NCBI GenBank assembly: GCA_965207115.1
Contig: CBDBLR010000003.1
Span: forward strand, 2,014 to 66,013
Origin: Dehalococcoidia bacterium
Lineage (GTDB): Bacteria; Chloroflexota; Dehalococcoidia; UBA6926
DNA length: 64,000 nucleotides
Direction: 5' to 3'
Each line of letters opens with the position of its first letter. Positions within the stretch are counted from its first letter, which is position 1. Below the pieces are notes generated by a model. That model ran no database searches. It worked only from the letters and a program-made list of their open reading frames with translations, and was not told the DNA's origin. Positions 48,505 to 59,088 of the stretch are shown piece after piece. The position numbers and the translations under genes were made by a program.

Positions 48505-49740
48505 TCATTGCGCCCTTAGCGCGGCCCCCACCCCCAAGAACCGCCCAATATCCCCAACCTCACCCCGCACCTCATCCCAAATAGACCCCAGCGCCCCCTC
48601 CATCCCCGGAAACGCCTCAACCGAGATCTCAAGCCGTTCGTCATTCCCGCGCCCCTGTCCGTCATTCCCGCGAAGGCGTGAACCTCTCACCCATCTCCAC
48701 GACCACGTCGCCACCGCAAGCCCATCGATAGTCACAACAGGCCGGATCATCCCCCCGCCCGCATTCACCCGGGACATATACTCCGGCGCAACCGCCAACC
48801 CCCGCCCCCGATACCCCAGCAAATAAGTATCAAAAAACCCCAACAACCTCACCAGCCCACCGTCATTCCCGCGCCCCTCTCTGTCATTCTGAGCGGAGCG
48901 CAGCGCAGTCGAAGAATCTAAAGCCTCATTGACCCAACCAACCCCCGTAACGCCGTCCACCACCCACATCCGCTCCCCCTCAACCCCAACCTCCACCAAC
49001 TCACCCGAGATCGCCCCAAACCCCGCCCGTGCGTCCCGCAGCGGCAGCCCCGACCACACAGCGAAGTCTCGCTCCGTCGAGGGCCCAAACGCCCTGATAT
49101 ACCGCCCCGCCAGCCGAGCGAGCCCCTCATCGCGCGAGAGCTCCGGCCGCTCGATCCCCGCCAGCCATGAATCCGCCGCCACAAAAGTCTCCGTCTTGCC
49201 GTCCAGCAGCGGCCCGTGCGCGATGACCCCCAAAAACCCCCCGGCCCGCACAACATGATGCAGAGCCTGGTTTGCAACAGGGATATCGTAAGTAGCCAGA
49301 CGCTCCGCTAACTGCTGTCGTGTCAGCGGCCCCTCATTACTTAGGACATCGACCGAGTGCTTAAGCGCCTCGTCCAATGTCGCGTCATCAAGACCGAGTT
49401 GGTGTCGCCTTCCGCGTCCGGCTGAAAAGGAGGATGCTCCTAGCAGAGCAGTCATCCATCTGTGATCTTCTGCAGGAATCAGATGAAGAGTCCCCCTCAT
49501 CGCCCACGTGCGAACGATGGAACGATCCTGTGAGAGTGCCTGTATGACGTCAGTGGATGTAAGCCCGGAGCTTCTTACGCGAACCTGCAAAGGCGCAGTA
49601 TTCATATCCTGCGCTTGTATACCGCCTGTGCCCCGCACAGTTTCCAATACCGCGCCCGCGCCGCCAATGGGAACATCAAGCCCCTGCGAAGATACGCGGA
49701 GACGCCGAGTGTTATCGGCAGAGAGTGCAATAGTGGACAT
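48505..49740 (-). CDS. winged-helix YcaQ/AlkZ-like protein (putative DNA glycosylase family) with two in-frame REP-like insertions
   Basis: ~400-aa family size and N-terminal pattern. Repeats at 48635-48693 and 48858-48925 are translated in-frame as …GRGNDGG… / …RLRGNDGQGRGNDER…. Confidence 0.5.
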   Translation of the reverse strand: MSTIALSADNTRRLRVSSQGLDVPIGGAGAVLETVRGTGGIQAQDMNTAPLQVRVRSSGLTSTDVIQALSQDRSIVRTWAMRGTLHLIPAEDHRWMTALLGASSFSAGRGRRHQLGLDDATLDEALKHSVDVLSNEGPLTRQQLAERLATYDIPVANQALHHVVRAGGFLGVIAHGPLLDGKTETFVAADSWLAGIERPELSRDEGLARLAGRYIRAFGPSTERDFAVWSGLPLRDARAGFGAISGELVEVGVEGERMWVVDGVTGVGWVNEALDSSTALRSAQNDREGRGNDGGLVRLLGFFDTYLLGYRGRGLAVAPEYMSRVNAGGGMIRPVVTIDGLAVATWSWRWVRGSRLRGNDGQGRGNDERLEISVEAFPGMEGALGSIWDEVRGEVGDIGRFLGVGAALRAQ

Positions 49741-49808
49741 AGGAGAAACGTAGGCGCGCTTAGCGGTTCGAAGTCGACCCGGGTATCTGAAACTGTCCCG
49801 ACTTCAAC

Positions 49809-50384
49809 TCACGTTCCTTCACTAGCGTGGGAAGCTAACTCAAACAGCTTCTGAACAGTGCGCCAGTTTCGTGTGGTAGTCACTGTCGAAAGCCTGGAAT
49901 CGAAGTAGCTATTCGTGAGCTTGGTATTCGCAAACCCATTCGGACAGTGAAGATAGATTTCACGACCCAACACCGCAAACTCGTCGCCCGGAGATCGATC
50001 TTGGTCAAGTGACTCAACTTGGTCACCAGTCGGTAGTTCCTCCAGGAAAACAACATGCAGCTTGTCGGCTTCCGCACCGGCTTGCATGAAAGGGTTCGCT
50101 CGTACGATGTTTTTGAACTCTTCGGCAGTCCGGGTCAATACGGGGATTTGATAGCCGAATCTATCCAGAATCAAGGCGCTAATGAGAGAAGGAATGTCTG
50201 GTCTCACCGTGTGCGCCGCCTCAAAGAGCACGTTCCCACTCTGAATATAGGTTCGAACATCACTGCAACCGGCCTCCACGAACATTGCCGTGAGTTCCTT
50301 CATGGGCAGCCTGTTCTTGCCACCCACGTTTATACCGCGAAGCAAAGCCACATTAGTGCTGGACGCCACGTTAGCCTTGTCCAT
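49809..50384 (-). CDS. DUF1697 domain protein
   Basis: …VALLRGINVGGKNRLPMKELTAMF… conserved N-terminus; locally lower GC (~50%). Confidence 0.65.
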   Translation of the reverse strand: MDKANVASSTNVALLRGINVGGKNRLPMKELTAMFVEAGCSDVRTYIQSGNVLFEAAHTVRPDIPSLISALILDRFGYQIPVLTRTAEEFKNIVRANPFMQAGAEADKLHVVFLEELPTGDQVESLDQDRSPGDEFAVLGREIYLHCPNGFANTKLTNSYFDSRLSTVTTTRNWRTVQKLFELASHASEGT

Positions 50385-50459
50385 TCATCAGGCCAACTCC
50401 GATGTCGCCGACAGAAGCGGCTTGCGCTGGACTCAACAGACCAGATCGCCTACGAGCTC

Positions 50460-51893
50460 TTACCCCGCAGCCAGCTCCCCTTGGGTGACATAGTAATCTC
50501 GTAGCCGCCGGATAGCGCGCGCTGCGTCTTGGAACGAGGGGAATACCGCGATCCCGCGGTCAGCCACCTTGCCCCGGAAGTCCGCAAGCGCCGCCTCGTC
50601 CTGGTTCCACGTCGCAATGACGCCGAACGGCTTGTCCGTCGTCTCCTGGAAATCCTTGAACATGTCGATCAGGTCGTCCATGCCCTTGCCCTGCCGTTCC
50701 AGGCGCCGCGCGATAAAGCCGATACTCGCCTCAATGACGACGATGTCCGTATTCGGATCCGCCGCCAACGTGTCCAACATTTCCCGCCCGCGCTCAATGC
50801 TCGTCAGCGAGCCTGAAACGTCCAGCGGGTTCTTGTAGCTACCGCCAACGACGGTGACGATGGGTTCAAGTATGTCGTAGCTCTCCTGCGTCAGGTCCGG
50901 CACCGTCAGCCCCTCACGCCCGAACGCGTCGGATACCAGCACTGACTGCCCACCCGTCTGCGCCACAATCCCCATCCTGCTGCCAGTGAACGGCTTCATG
51001 AAGTGAAGAGCCTTGAAGGCGTCCATCAGCTCGTCTTGCGTGTCAACGCGGATTGCACCCGTCTGGCGGATCATTGCATCCCATAGCGCCATGTCGGAGG
51101 CCAAGTGTCCTGTGTGAGACGCGGCGGCCCGAGCTCCCTCAGTCGTCTGTCCGCCCTTCCAGATAACCACCGGCTTGCGCGCCGCAACGTCCCGCAGCGC
51201 TTCGAAGAACTTGCGGCCGTCCCGCGTTCCCTCGACGTACATGCCGATCGACTTGACCTCCGGATCCTCGCCCAGGTACTCAAGCCAATCGCCCTGATCG
51301 ACGGCGATGCTGTTGCCCATGCTGATGGACTTCAGCGGATACAAGCCGTTGATGCGCGCTCTCATTACGAAGCTTGTGGCGTGCGTGCCGGAGTTGGACA
51401 TAAATCCGATGTCCCCCTCTTCGCCGATCCACTGATCCGCTGAGTTCCGAATGCCCGCCTTGGAGTGATACAGGCACATGCAGTTCGGCCCGACGAGGTT
51501 GAAATTTGCCTCCCGCGTCATGTTTGTCAACGCTTCCTGCAGCTGGACGCCCTGCTCCTCGCCGGTCTCCGCAAAGCCGGACGTGAACAACGCCGCCGCC
51601 CCCGCGCCCGACTTGATCGCGTCCGCCACTATGCGTGGCGCCACAGGGCGGGGCACTGCGACAATCACGTAGTCAACCTGCCCTGGCACGGCCTCAAGGC
51701 TCGGGTAATTCTCAAAGCCCATCTCAAGAATGCCCGGGATCTCGTTTTCATCAATCTGCACAGATACAACCTTGGCCTTCGCGTCACGAACGCTCTTCAG
51801 CCACATATAGTCCGTGATCTTCTTGTCGCCGACAACGGCGATCAGCTCAGGGTTGAATGCCCTGTCCAGGTTGGCCTTGCGTGTTGCGTCCAT
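50460..51893 (-). CDS. ADP-forming acyl-CoA synthetase alpha-type subunit (CoA-binding + CoA-ligase domains)
   Basis: …IAVVG…; GPNCMC; succinyl-CoA-synthetase-like flavodoxin domain; 477 aa. Confidence 0.7.
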   Translation of the reverse strand: MDATRKANLDRAFNPELIAVVGDKKITDYMWLKSVRDAKAKVVSVQIDENEIPGILEMGFENYPSLEAVPGQVDYVIVAVPRPVAPRIVADAIKSGAGAAALFTSGFAETGEEQGVQLQEALTNMTREANFNLVGPNCMCLYHSKAGIRNSADQWIGEEGDIGFMSNSGTHATSFVMRARINGLYPLKSISMGNSIAVDQGDWLEYLGEDPEVKSIGMYVEGTRDGRKFFEALRDVAARKPVVIWKGGQTTEGARAAASHTGHLASDMALWDAMIRQTGAIRVDTQDELMDAFKALHFMKPFTGSRMGIVAQTGGQSVLVSDAFGREGLTVPDLTQESYDILEPIVTVVGGSYKNPLDVSGSLTSIERGREMLDTLAADPNTDIVVIEASIGFIARRLERQGKGMDDLIDMFKDFQETTDKPFGVIATWNQDEAALADFRGKVADRGIAVFPSFQDAARAIRRLRDYYVTQGELAAG

Positions 51894-51941
51894 GGAGAAT
51901 GCTCCTCAGTTTCTCTGCTCTCCGCTCCGTCTATCGAAGCG

Positions 51942-52748
51942 TTAGCCGTCGTCCTCTGCGGTCAGCACGATGCGCGCATCAACTGCGATTGACCCGTCTG
52001 CATACGCCAGCACCGGATTGAGGTCCATCTCGGCAATGTCCGGCGTCTTGCTCACGAATGAGGACACCGCCTCGATCACTCCCTCCAGCGCGTTCAGATC
52101 AACGGCACGGGTGGCCCGATAGCCCGTCAGCAGGGGATACCCCTTGATGTCGCGGATGATGCCACTGGCGTCACGTTTCGTAAGGGGCGCGATGCGGAAA
52201 GCCACGTCCTGCAGCACCTCAACCGCGATGCCGCCCAGCCCGAACATGATGACAGGACCGAATTGGTGGTCTCGTGTCATTCCGACGATAACTTCGACTC
52301 CGCCGCCCGGCGCTTGCGACTGCACTGTCACGCCGTCTATTGCCGCGTTCGGTTCCGCCGCCTTCGCGTTCGCCACGATCTCCTCGAACGCGGCCCGCGC
52401 GGCGGCCGCATCAGCAATGCCAAGACGTACGCCGCCAACGTCGCTTTTGTGCGTGATCTCACGCGACGAGACCTTCATGACGACTGGAAAACCAACACTT
52501 TCCGCAGCTGAGGCAGCCTCGTCAGCGGACGAAGCAAGGGTCGGCATCGTTACGCCGATGCCCTGCTCTTGGAGAATCGCCTTCGATTCCTCCTCCGTCA
52601 GGATGAGCCGACCCTCGGCCCGCGCGCGAGCCGCCGTCTCACCAAAAAGTGCGGACGCTGACACTGTCACAAACACACCCCCACCAGGTACTCCCCTATT
52701 GCGCTTTAATGCGCCAAACGCCCCACGGCCATACAGGCCGCAACGCAC
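51942..52748 (-). CDS. ATP-grasp subunit (beta) of ADP-forming acyl-CoA synthetase
   Basis: ATP-grasp fold motifs (…GFPVVMKV…DVGGV…); adjacent upstream of the alpha subunit; true start may be internal. Confidence 0.6.
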   Translation of the reverse strand: MRCGLYGRGAFGALKRNRGVPGGGVFVTVSASALFGETAARARAEGRLILTEEESKAILQEQGIGVTMPTLASSADEAASAAESVGFPVVMKVSSREITHKSDVGGVRLGIADAAAARAAFEEIVANAKAAEPNAAIDGVTVQSQAPGGGVEVIVGMTRDHQFGPVIMFGLGGIAVEVLQDVAFRIAPLTKRDASGIIRDIKGYPLLTGYRATRAVDLNALEGVIEAVSSFVSKTPDIAEMDLNPVLAYADGSIAVDARIVLTAEDDG

Positions 52749-52804
52749 TTGCTAGTGTATACGAATCGACGCCTAAACGCGCCAATTTCCGTGTCACAGG
52801 GGCC

Positions 52805-53755
52805 CTACAACCGCGACACACCTACCAGCGTCGCGTTCACAATGAAACGGTGTGAATACGTCGTTGCCGGCGCGCACGTCACCAACGACAATGTTGGCTT
52901 GTCCGAGTAATCGAATACATCTACGTCCTCTGGCAAAACGACCGTCGTATCCGTGGCACGGTACAGGAATACGTCCCCCCCCGCCGTGACATAAATGTCC
53001 ACAATCTCGCCGCGCCGCAGAAGGGGCGCAATTTCATCCAAGCGCGCGAAGATTGATCCCTCACCCGCGAATGGTGAATTCACGTGACCGGACATGACCG
53101 AATTGCCGATCTCGCCAGGTGTTGCGGAACCGACGTGGAAACCCACAGCATGGTCGGCCGTCTCCCACGCAGTTGTCTCACCGTCCCAAACGATGCTGAG
53201 GTCCACAACATTCGATTCCAATTCGATAGCGGGAATGCGGATGTGCGCCGGCCGTGGCTGCTCGCCATACGTCTGAACGAGATCGTCTTCCGTGACTAAC
53301 TTGTAATTGTCCCTAATTGGTCCCACGTACGCGCCATTGTCTGCCCGGGACACATAGTGGCTGAAATCGCGGAGGATACCGTACTCGTCATAGAGTCCAC
53401 TTTCGTCCGCCTCGCTTGTCAGGGGATTATCGCTGTCGGCACGTGACTCCGGTGTTTCCGTCGCCGGCGCACTGCCGGGCCCGGAGACGGTTGCCGCCAC
53501 CGTTGGAGTTGACGTGGGTAGAGGAGCAACAGTGGGCTTCGGCGTTGGCAGACCACGAGACAGATCCTCCTGCGTGAGGCCAGTCTCGGCCTGCGTCACC
53601 CTCAAATCATCGAGGTCTGCCTCTGAATACGCCCCAAGAGAGAAATATCCGACCGAAAACAACACCAACAAGACTCCAATGGCTGCCACCAGGACACCCA
53701 GCACTAATAGGGGGCGAACGAAGATAAGCGCCCAGAGTCCGATGAAACGATCCAT
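52805..53755 (-). CDS. sortase-family transpeptidase (membrane-anchored)
   Basis: N-terminal TM helix; catalytic His (…SGHVNSPF…), TLSLVTC (TLxTC) Cys motif, downstream Arg. Confidence 0.7.
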   Translation of the reverse strand: MDRFIGLWALIFVRPLLVLGVLVAAIGVLLVLFSVGYFSLGAYSEADLDDLRVTQAETGLTQEDLSRGLPTPKPTVAPLPTSTPTVAATVSGPGSAPATETPESRADSDNPLTSEADESGLYDEYGILRDFSHYVSRADNGAYVGPIRDNYKLVTEDDLVQTYGEQPRPAHIRIPAIELESNVVDLSIVWDGETTAWETADHAVGFHVGSATPGEIGNSVMSGHVNSPFAGEGSIFARLDEIAPLLRRGEIVDIYVTAGGDVFLYRATDTTVVLPEDVDVFDYSDKPTLSLVTCAPATTYSHRFIVNATLVGVSRL

Positions 53756-53771
53756 TGTGTGCTCTCTGCCT

Positions 53772-54431
53772 CTAGCTGAGTATTTCCGCAATCCTCTCAT
53801 CGAGGACCGCGCCGTTCACCACGCCCGCCCATCGTGTATGCACCGTGCCGTCCTCCTGGATGAAGAACGTCACCGGCAGCCCGCCCACGCCATAGTCGAT
53901 CGTTGCTTGCCCGTCCGGATCCGTCACCATGACGTAGCCATCGTCGACGGGCACGTTGAATTCCTCGATGAAAGCGAGCGCATCTTCATTCGTATCCTGT
54001 ATCGCCACACCGATGAAGACGACTCCATCGTCCGTGTACTGCTCATGGGCCTCCACAAGATGTGGCATCTCAACGCGACACGGTGCGCACCATGACGCCC
54101 AGAAATTTACGACAATCGGCGACCCCTCAAAATCGGACAGGCTCACATCACCTGCGCCGTTCAGCTGCGAAAGCGTGAACGATGGCGCCGCAATGCTCGT
54201 TCGCGTCGTCGTATCCATCGGCATCGTCTCGCGCGTCAGCAGGCTGTACGCCAAAAGCCCGATGAACGCCGCCATTACGACCACCGCCACGCTGACAACT
54301 ACAATTCCTGGCCGCCGTTGCTCGAGCGCGGCGGGGTCGAATCCTTGGGCAGATGCCGCAGCATCACCCTCGCCGTCGGCTATAGAATCAGCGTCGTCTC
54401 GTGAGTCAAGATCATCATCGACCATATGCAA
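53772..54431 (-). CDS. TlpA/ResA-like membrane-anchored thiol:disulfide oxidoreductase
   Basis: TM anchor; WASWCAPCRVE thioredoxin motif. Confidence 0.75.
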   Translation of the reverse strand: MHMVDDDLDSRDDADSIADGEGDAAASAQGFDPAALEQRRPGIVVVSVAVVVMAAFIGLLAYSLLTRETMPMDTTTRTSIAAPSFTLSQLNGAGDVSLSDFEGSPIVVNFWASWCAPCRVEMPHLVEAHEQYTDDGVVFIGVAIQDTNEDALAFIEEFNVPVDDGYVMVTDPDGQATIDYGVGGLPVTFFIQEDGTVHTRWAGVVNGAVLDERIAEILS

Positions 54432-54719
54432 TCCCCGCTCCTACAAGTATAACCTGCCCAAGCTAGGCGGCTTCGTTATCACTCCTAACACCCAAGCTGG
54501 AACGCGGAATACTAACCAGAATCACAGCCCAAGGTGATTGAGAGTCTAGAGATTCGTACAACCCAGGCCGGAACGCGGAACGCCAACCATAATTACATCT
54601 CAAGGTGATCGCGAACCTCAAAATCCTTTACCCCACTCCTGCGTGGTGCCACAATATGGCATCAATCGGGACAGTTAGGTTCTTCGCCTTACGCCCGACA
54701 AGGGAGGGGGCCGTTAGAG

Positions 54720-55937
54720 ATGTTCATGCCGCTTGAGGGTGTCCGCGTCATTGACCTGACGCATTACACCGCCGGGCCGTACGGCACGCGCATACTTGCC
54801 GATTACGGAGCAGACGTCATCAAGATCGAAAGGCCGGGGGGTGGCGATCCTGCGCGCCGAATCGGTCCCTTCTACCACGATGAGCCGGACCTCGAAAAGA
54901 GCGGTTTATTCCTGTTCCTCAACACTAACAAGCGTTCAATTACTCTCGACTTCAAGACTGAGAAGGGCAAGCGGATCGTCAAGGAACTGGTCAAGGACGC
55001 CGATATCCTCATTGAGAACTTCCCGCCGGACGTTATGCCCTCTGCCGGCCTTGGCTACGAAGAGCTTAGCCAGATCAATCCCCGCCTTGTCATGACCTCC
55101 ATCAGCAACTTCGGCAAGACCGGCCCCTACAAGGACTGGGTCGGGCTTGATCTCACCCTTTACGCCATGGGCGGCAACATGTGGGGTTCCGGCGACCCTG
55201 AACTGGAGCCGCTCAAGACCGCCGGCCGCATGGCCAGCTTCCACGTCGGCTATGCCGCCGCCCTCGCCACTGCCCTCGGCCTCACCAACGCCGAGCTGCG
55301 AGGGCAGGGCGAGAACATTGACGTTAGCTATTTCGAGGTTACGCTCCAGTCCATCGATGGCCGCATGCAGAAACTGCTCGGCTACCAGTACAACAACCAA
55401 GTGCCGATGCGTGTTTCTCCGGGCGCAAGTCTTGGGCTCGGCAGCGGCATCTACCCCTGTCTGGACGGAATGTTCATGACGACCGCCGGCGCCGCCCAGT
55501 TTCCCAACATGGCGCGCATGGTCGGCGCGGAGGACATCCTGACCCAGCCCGGCTGGGACACCGTCGCCGGCCGCTCCCGCCCGGAGGCCGCCGAGGAGTG
55601 GGAAGCAACCCTCATCCCGTGGATGCTGGAGCGCACTACCAAGGAAGTGCAGCGCGCCTGCATGGAGTACGGAGTGCTCGGCGGCCCAGTCAATACAATT
55701 GAAAACCTCATGAACGACGAAGACTTTGACGCGCGCGGCTTCTGGCAGACCATCGACCACCCCGCCACCGGCCCGCTCACGTACCCTGGCTTCAACTCAC
55801 GAATTCACTTCGAGGATGGTGAGCGGCCCGCCCGCCGCCACGCCCCGCTGCTTGGCGAACACACCGTCGAGATTCTCAAGGAAATCGGCATCGAGGGCGA
55901 GGAGGTATCCCTCCTCCGCTCCGAAGGCGTCATCTAG
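54720..55937 (+). CDS. family-III CoA-transferase (CaiB/BaiF)
   Basis: …GVRVIDLTHYTAGPYGTRILADYGADVIKIERPGGGD… signature. Confidence 0.8.
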   Translation: MFMPLEGVRVIDLTHYTAGPYGTRILADYGADVIKIERPGGGDPARRIGPFYHDEPDLEKSGLFLFLNTNKRSITLDFKTEKGKRIVKELVKDADILIENFPPDVMPSAGLGYEELSQINPRLVMTSISNFGKTGPYKDWVGLDLTLYAMGGNMWGSGDPELEPLKTAGRMASFHVGYAAALATALGLTNAELRGQGENIDVSYFEVTLQSIDGRMQKLLGYQYNNQVPMRVSPGASLGLGSGIYPCLDGMFMTTAGAAQFPNMARMVGAEDILTQPGWDTVAGRSRPEAAEEWEATLIPWMLERTTKEVQRACMEYGVLGGPVNTIENLMNDEDFDARGFWQTIDHPATGPLTYPGFNSRIHFEDGERPARRHAPLLGEHTVEILKEIGIEGEEVSLLRSEGVI

Positions 55938-55981
55938 GCACATCACCAAATAATGACGCCGAAGGCTAAAGGAGCATCGCA

Positions 55982-57328
55982 ATGACGACGACAGACCGCC
56001 GAGACATGACCGGTACGCCCGTCCCCGGCACGGGCAAGCTGCCCCTTGAGGGTCTGCGCATCCTTGACATCACCGTCGTGTGGGCCGGGCCCTATGGAAC
56101 CATGCACCTGGCCGACTGGGGCGCGGAGGTCATCCGCATCGAGTCCATCAAGCACTTCGCCACCAGCACCCGCGGCCAGATGGCCCGGCCGCCCCTGGAA
56201 TTCGTGCGTCTCCGCAACACCGGCATGGGTTATGTCGATGATGATCCGGGCGAACGCCCCTGGAACCGCCAGGCCATCTTCAACACGCACTCCCGTAACA
56301 AGCTCTCTGTCACCATGGATCTCTCGAGCCCGGAAGGGCAGGAAGCACTGGAGCGACTCGTTGCGCAGGCGGATGGCTTCCTGGAGAACAACGTCGCTAT
56401 CTCCATGGAGCGATTTGGCATCACGTGGGAGCGCCTCTCCGCCATCAACCCGCGTCTCATCATGGTGCGGATGCCCGCCTTTGGCATCGAAGGGCCGTAC
56501 AAGAATTACCGCACGTGGGGCAACCATATGGAGGCCCTCGCAGGTCATCCACTCCTCCGCTCCTACCCGGATGAAGATCCGTCCCGCGGCCCCAGCGGCG
56601 TCCCCAGCGACGCGGCGGGGGGAGTTGGCGGCGCGCTCGCTTTCATCATGGGCCTGCGGCATCGCAACAAGACCGGCAAAGGTATCCTCATCGAGGCCCC
56701 CACCGCAGAGAACTTCGTCCCCTTCCTCGGCGATTTCGTCATGGACTACTCGATGAATGGCCGCGTCTATACACAGCTCGGCAACGGCCACCTCTTCCTC
56801 GCACCCCACAACGTGTACAAATGCGCCGGTGACGAGCGATGGCTGACCATCGCCTGCCGCTCTGATGCCGAGTTTCGAACGCTTTGTCAGATCATGGGCG
56901 AGCCCGGCCTTGCCGATGATCCACGCTTTGCCGATTCCCTCAGCCGCTACCAGAATCGCCGTGCACTAGATGAGGCGATCTCCCGGTGGACGGCGGAGCA
57001 GGACGCCCGCGAGACCATGCATCGGCTCCAGGCGGCCGGCGTCCCTGCCGGAATGGTCATGGACGAGAGCGATGTCCACGCGGACCCCCAGGTCGCTGAG
57101 CGCGACTTCTTCCAGGAGGTTACGCATCCCGAGGCGGGCACCCACAAGAACCCGACCACAGGCTTCAAGCTCCAGAACACACCCTATGAGATTCGCCGCC
57201 ATGCCGTCATGCTCGGCCAGGACAACGAATACGTCTACAAGAACGTCATGGGCTACTCAGAAGAGGAATACCAGAAGTTCATCGACATGGGCCACGTCGG
57301 AATGGACTACGACCCGGACGTGCAGTAG
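55982..57328 (+). CDS. family-III CoA-transferase (CaiB/BaiF), paralogue adjacent to previous
   Basis: …GLRILDITVVWAGPYGTMHLADWGAEVIRIES…. Confidence 0.8.
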   Translation: MTTTDRRDMTGTPVPGTGKLPLEGLRILDITVVWAGPYGTMHLADWGAEVIRIESIKHFATSTRGQMARPPLEFVRLRNTGMGYVDDDPGERPWNRQAIFNTHSRNKLSVTMDLSSPEGQEALERLVAQADGFLENNVAISMERFGITWERLSAINPRLIMVRMPAFGIEGPYKNYRTWGNHMEALAGHPLLRSYPDEDPSRGPSGVPSDAAGGVGGALAFIMGLRHRNKTGKGILIEAPTAENFVPFLGDFVMDYSMNGRVYTQLGNGHLFLAPHNVYKCAGDERWLTIACRSDAEFRTLCQIMGEPGLADDPRFADSLSRYQNRRALDEAISRWTAEQDARETMHRLQAAGVPAGMVMDESDVHADPQVAERDFFQEVTHPEAGTHKNPTTGFKLQNTPYEIRRHAVMLGQDNEYVYKNVMGYSEEEYQKFIDMGHVGMDYDPDVQ

Positions 57329-57332
57329 GGCA

Positions 57333-57368
57333 CCCTCCGTCATTTCCGCGAAAGCGGGAATCCAGAAG
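57333..57368. repeat. REP-like element type A after CoA-transferase stop
   Basis: CCGTCATTTCCGCGAAAGCGGGAATCCAGAAGC. Confidence 0.75.
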
Positions 57369-57401
57369 CTGAAGAGCGGCTTATAGGCTACCCACGCCCC
57401 C

Positions 57402-58082
57402 CTACAGCTTGCTCGCCAGTTCCTCCATGTGGCCGGTGACGAGGAAAACGACGCGCTCTGCGATGTTGGTCGTCCGGTCGGCAATCCGTTCGAGGTTGTG
57501 CGTTGCCCACAGTAGGTATGTTGCCTCCTGGATGCGAGACGGATTCTCCAGCATGGTTTGGAGCAGTGAATGGTAGGACAAGTCCTGCATCGCATCCACC
57601 TCGTCGTCTTCCTCGCAGATCTTCCGTGCCGTGTCCGCGTCATGATCCACCAAGGCTGAAAGCACGCGCCGCAACATGTCGCGGCATTTATCCGCCATCC
57701 GCGGCAGGGTGCCCAGTGGCCGGATAGTGCTGTCCGCCCCAATCATCTGCGCGATGCGCCCGTTCCCCTCCGCGTGATCCGCCATCCGCTCAAGATCGAC
57801 GATGACGTTGAGAACCGAAACCAATACGCGCAGGTCGCTGGCCATGGGCTGTTGTGTCGCAATTAGCCGGATGGCCTTCTCTTCAATCTCGAACCGCGTC
57901 GAGTCGATGCGCTCGTCCTCTGCGACCACCTGCTGCGCAAGATTGGCGTCTCGGTTGAGAAGCGCCTCCGTTGAACGCTCGATGGCCCTATCCACCATCG
58001 AGCCCATCGCTATCACGTCATCCTGCACTTCCTGCAGAAGCCGATCGAAGTCTTGCCTGGTCGGGTGCCGTTCCATTGCCAT
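57402..58082 (-). CDS. phoU: phosphate transport system regulator PhoU
   Basis: Two PhoU repeats; SD AAGAGGGA 6 nt before ATG 58082. The track's longer Arg-rich N-terminus overlaps pstB and lacks RBS support. Confidence 0.85.
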   Translation of the reverse strand: MAMERHPTRQDFDRLLQEVQDDVIAMGSMVDRAIERSTEALLNRDANLAQQVVAEDERIDSTRFEIEEKAIRLIATQQPMASDLRVLVSVLNVIVDLERMADHAEGNGRIAQMIGADSTIRPLGTLPRMADKCRDMLRRVLSALVDHDADTARKICEEDDEVDAMQDLSYHSLLQTMLENPSRIQEATYLLWATHNLERIADRTTNIAERVVFLVTGHMEELASKL

Positions 58083-58134
58083 TGTCGTTCCCTCTTTTCG
58101 TTCTGGGCTACAGCCGCCTCCGTGCACCGCCCGA

Positions 58135-59064
58135 CTAACTGAAACGGCCCGTGATGTAGTCCTCCGTCGTCTTCTCCTTCGGCGTCGTGAAAATCTCCGT
58201 TGTCGGACCGAACTCAACGAGTAGGCCAGCCCGGTCCTCCTCCATATGCATGAATGCAGTCATCTCGGACACGCGCGCGGCCTGCTGCATGTTGTGGGTA
58301 ACGACAAGGATCGTATACTCATGTCCCAACTCCTGCATGAGCTCCTCGATGCGCAGTGTCGACGCCGGATCCAGCGCTGAACAGGGCTCATCCATCAAGA
58401 TAACGTCCGGCTCCACCGCCAGCGTCCGCGCGATGCACAACCGTTGCTGCTGGCCTCCGGAAAGCTCATTTCCTTCCTGGTTAAGCTTGTCCTTCACCTC
58501 GTCCCACAGCGCCGCTTGTGTCAGGCACCGCTCGACAATCTCGTCCAACTCAGCCCGATTCCGAACCCCGCGCCGCCTGGGGCCGTAGGTGATGTTCTCG
58601 TAGATGGACATCGGCAGCGGATTCGGCCGCTGGAATACCATCCCCACGACGCGCCGCAGTTCGGTCACGTCCACGCGCCGATCATAGATGGGCACACCGG
58701 CCATCTCCACCGATCCCTCCACACGCACTCCGGGAATCAGATCGTTCATCCGATTGAAGCTGCGCAGGAAGGAACTCTTGCCGCAGCCCGACGCGCCGAT
58801 GATTGCCGTCACCGTTCGTTCCGGGATCTCTACCGTGATGTCCTTCAGCGCTCTGAACTCGCCGTAATACAGCGACATATTCTGCGTGCTGAGCGAGACA
58901 GGCCGTTCCGCCACGGGCACGCGGTCAGAAACCTGCTCAGGTAATGCCAACCTGCCAGGTGACCTTTCTCTATCTCGAGATCCCTCTAGGCTCACCACGG
59001 TGGTCATGATAGACGCACGGCGCGTCTCACCGCCACCGGGATTTTCCGTAACGCCGTTCGTCAT
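58135..59064 (-). CDS. pstB: phosphate ABC transporter ATP-binding protein PstB (copy 1)
   Basis: [37 protein letters not shown]. Confidence 0.9.
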   Translation of the reverse strand: MTNGVTENPGGGETRRASIMTTVVSLEGSRDRERSPGRLALPEQVSDRVPVAERPVSLSTQNMSLYYGEFRALKDITVEIPERTVTAIIGASGCGKSSFLRSFNRMNDLIPGVRVEGSVEMAGVPIYDRRVDVTELRRVVGMVFQRPNPLPMSIYENITYGPRRRGVRNRAELDEIVERCLTQAALWDEVKDKLNQEGNELSGGQQQRLCIARTLAVEPDVILMDEPCSALDPASTLRIEELMQELGHEYTILVVTHNMQQAARVSEMTAFMHMEEDRAGLLVEFGPTTEIFTTPKEKTTEDYITGRFS

Positions 59065-59088
59065 GTCAGCTCTCGTTTCCGTCTCCCC

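Noticed and set aside
54936-56809. Minus-strand ORFs 54936-55760 and 55943-56809; plus ORF 56046-56756
   Set aside because: Shadows/alternate frames of the two CaiB-family genes.
57402-58217. PhoU ORF with Arg-rich 45-aa N-terminal extension (start 58217)
   Set aside because: Extension overlaps the 3' end of pstB and has no RBS; ATG 58082 has AAGAGGGA SD and gives a canonical PhoU length.
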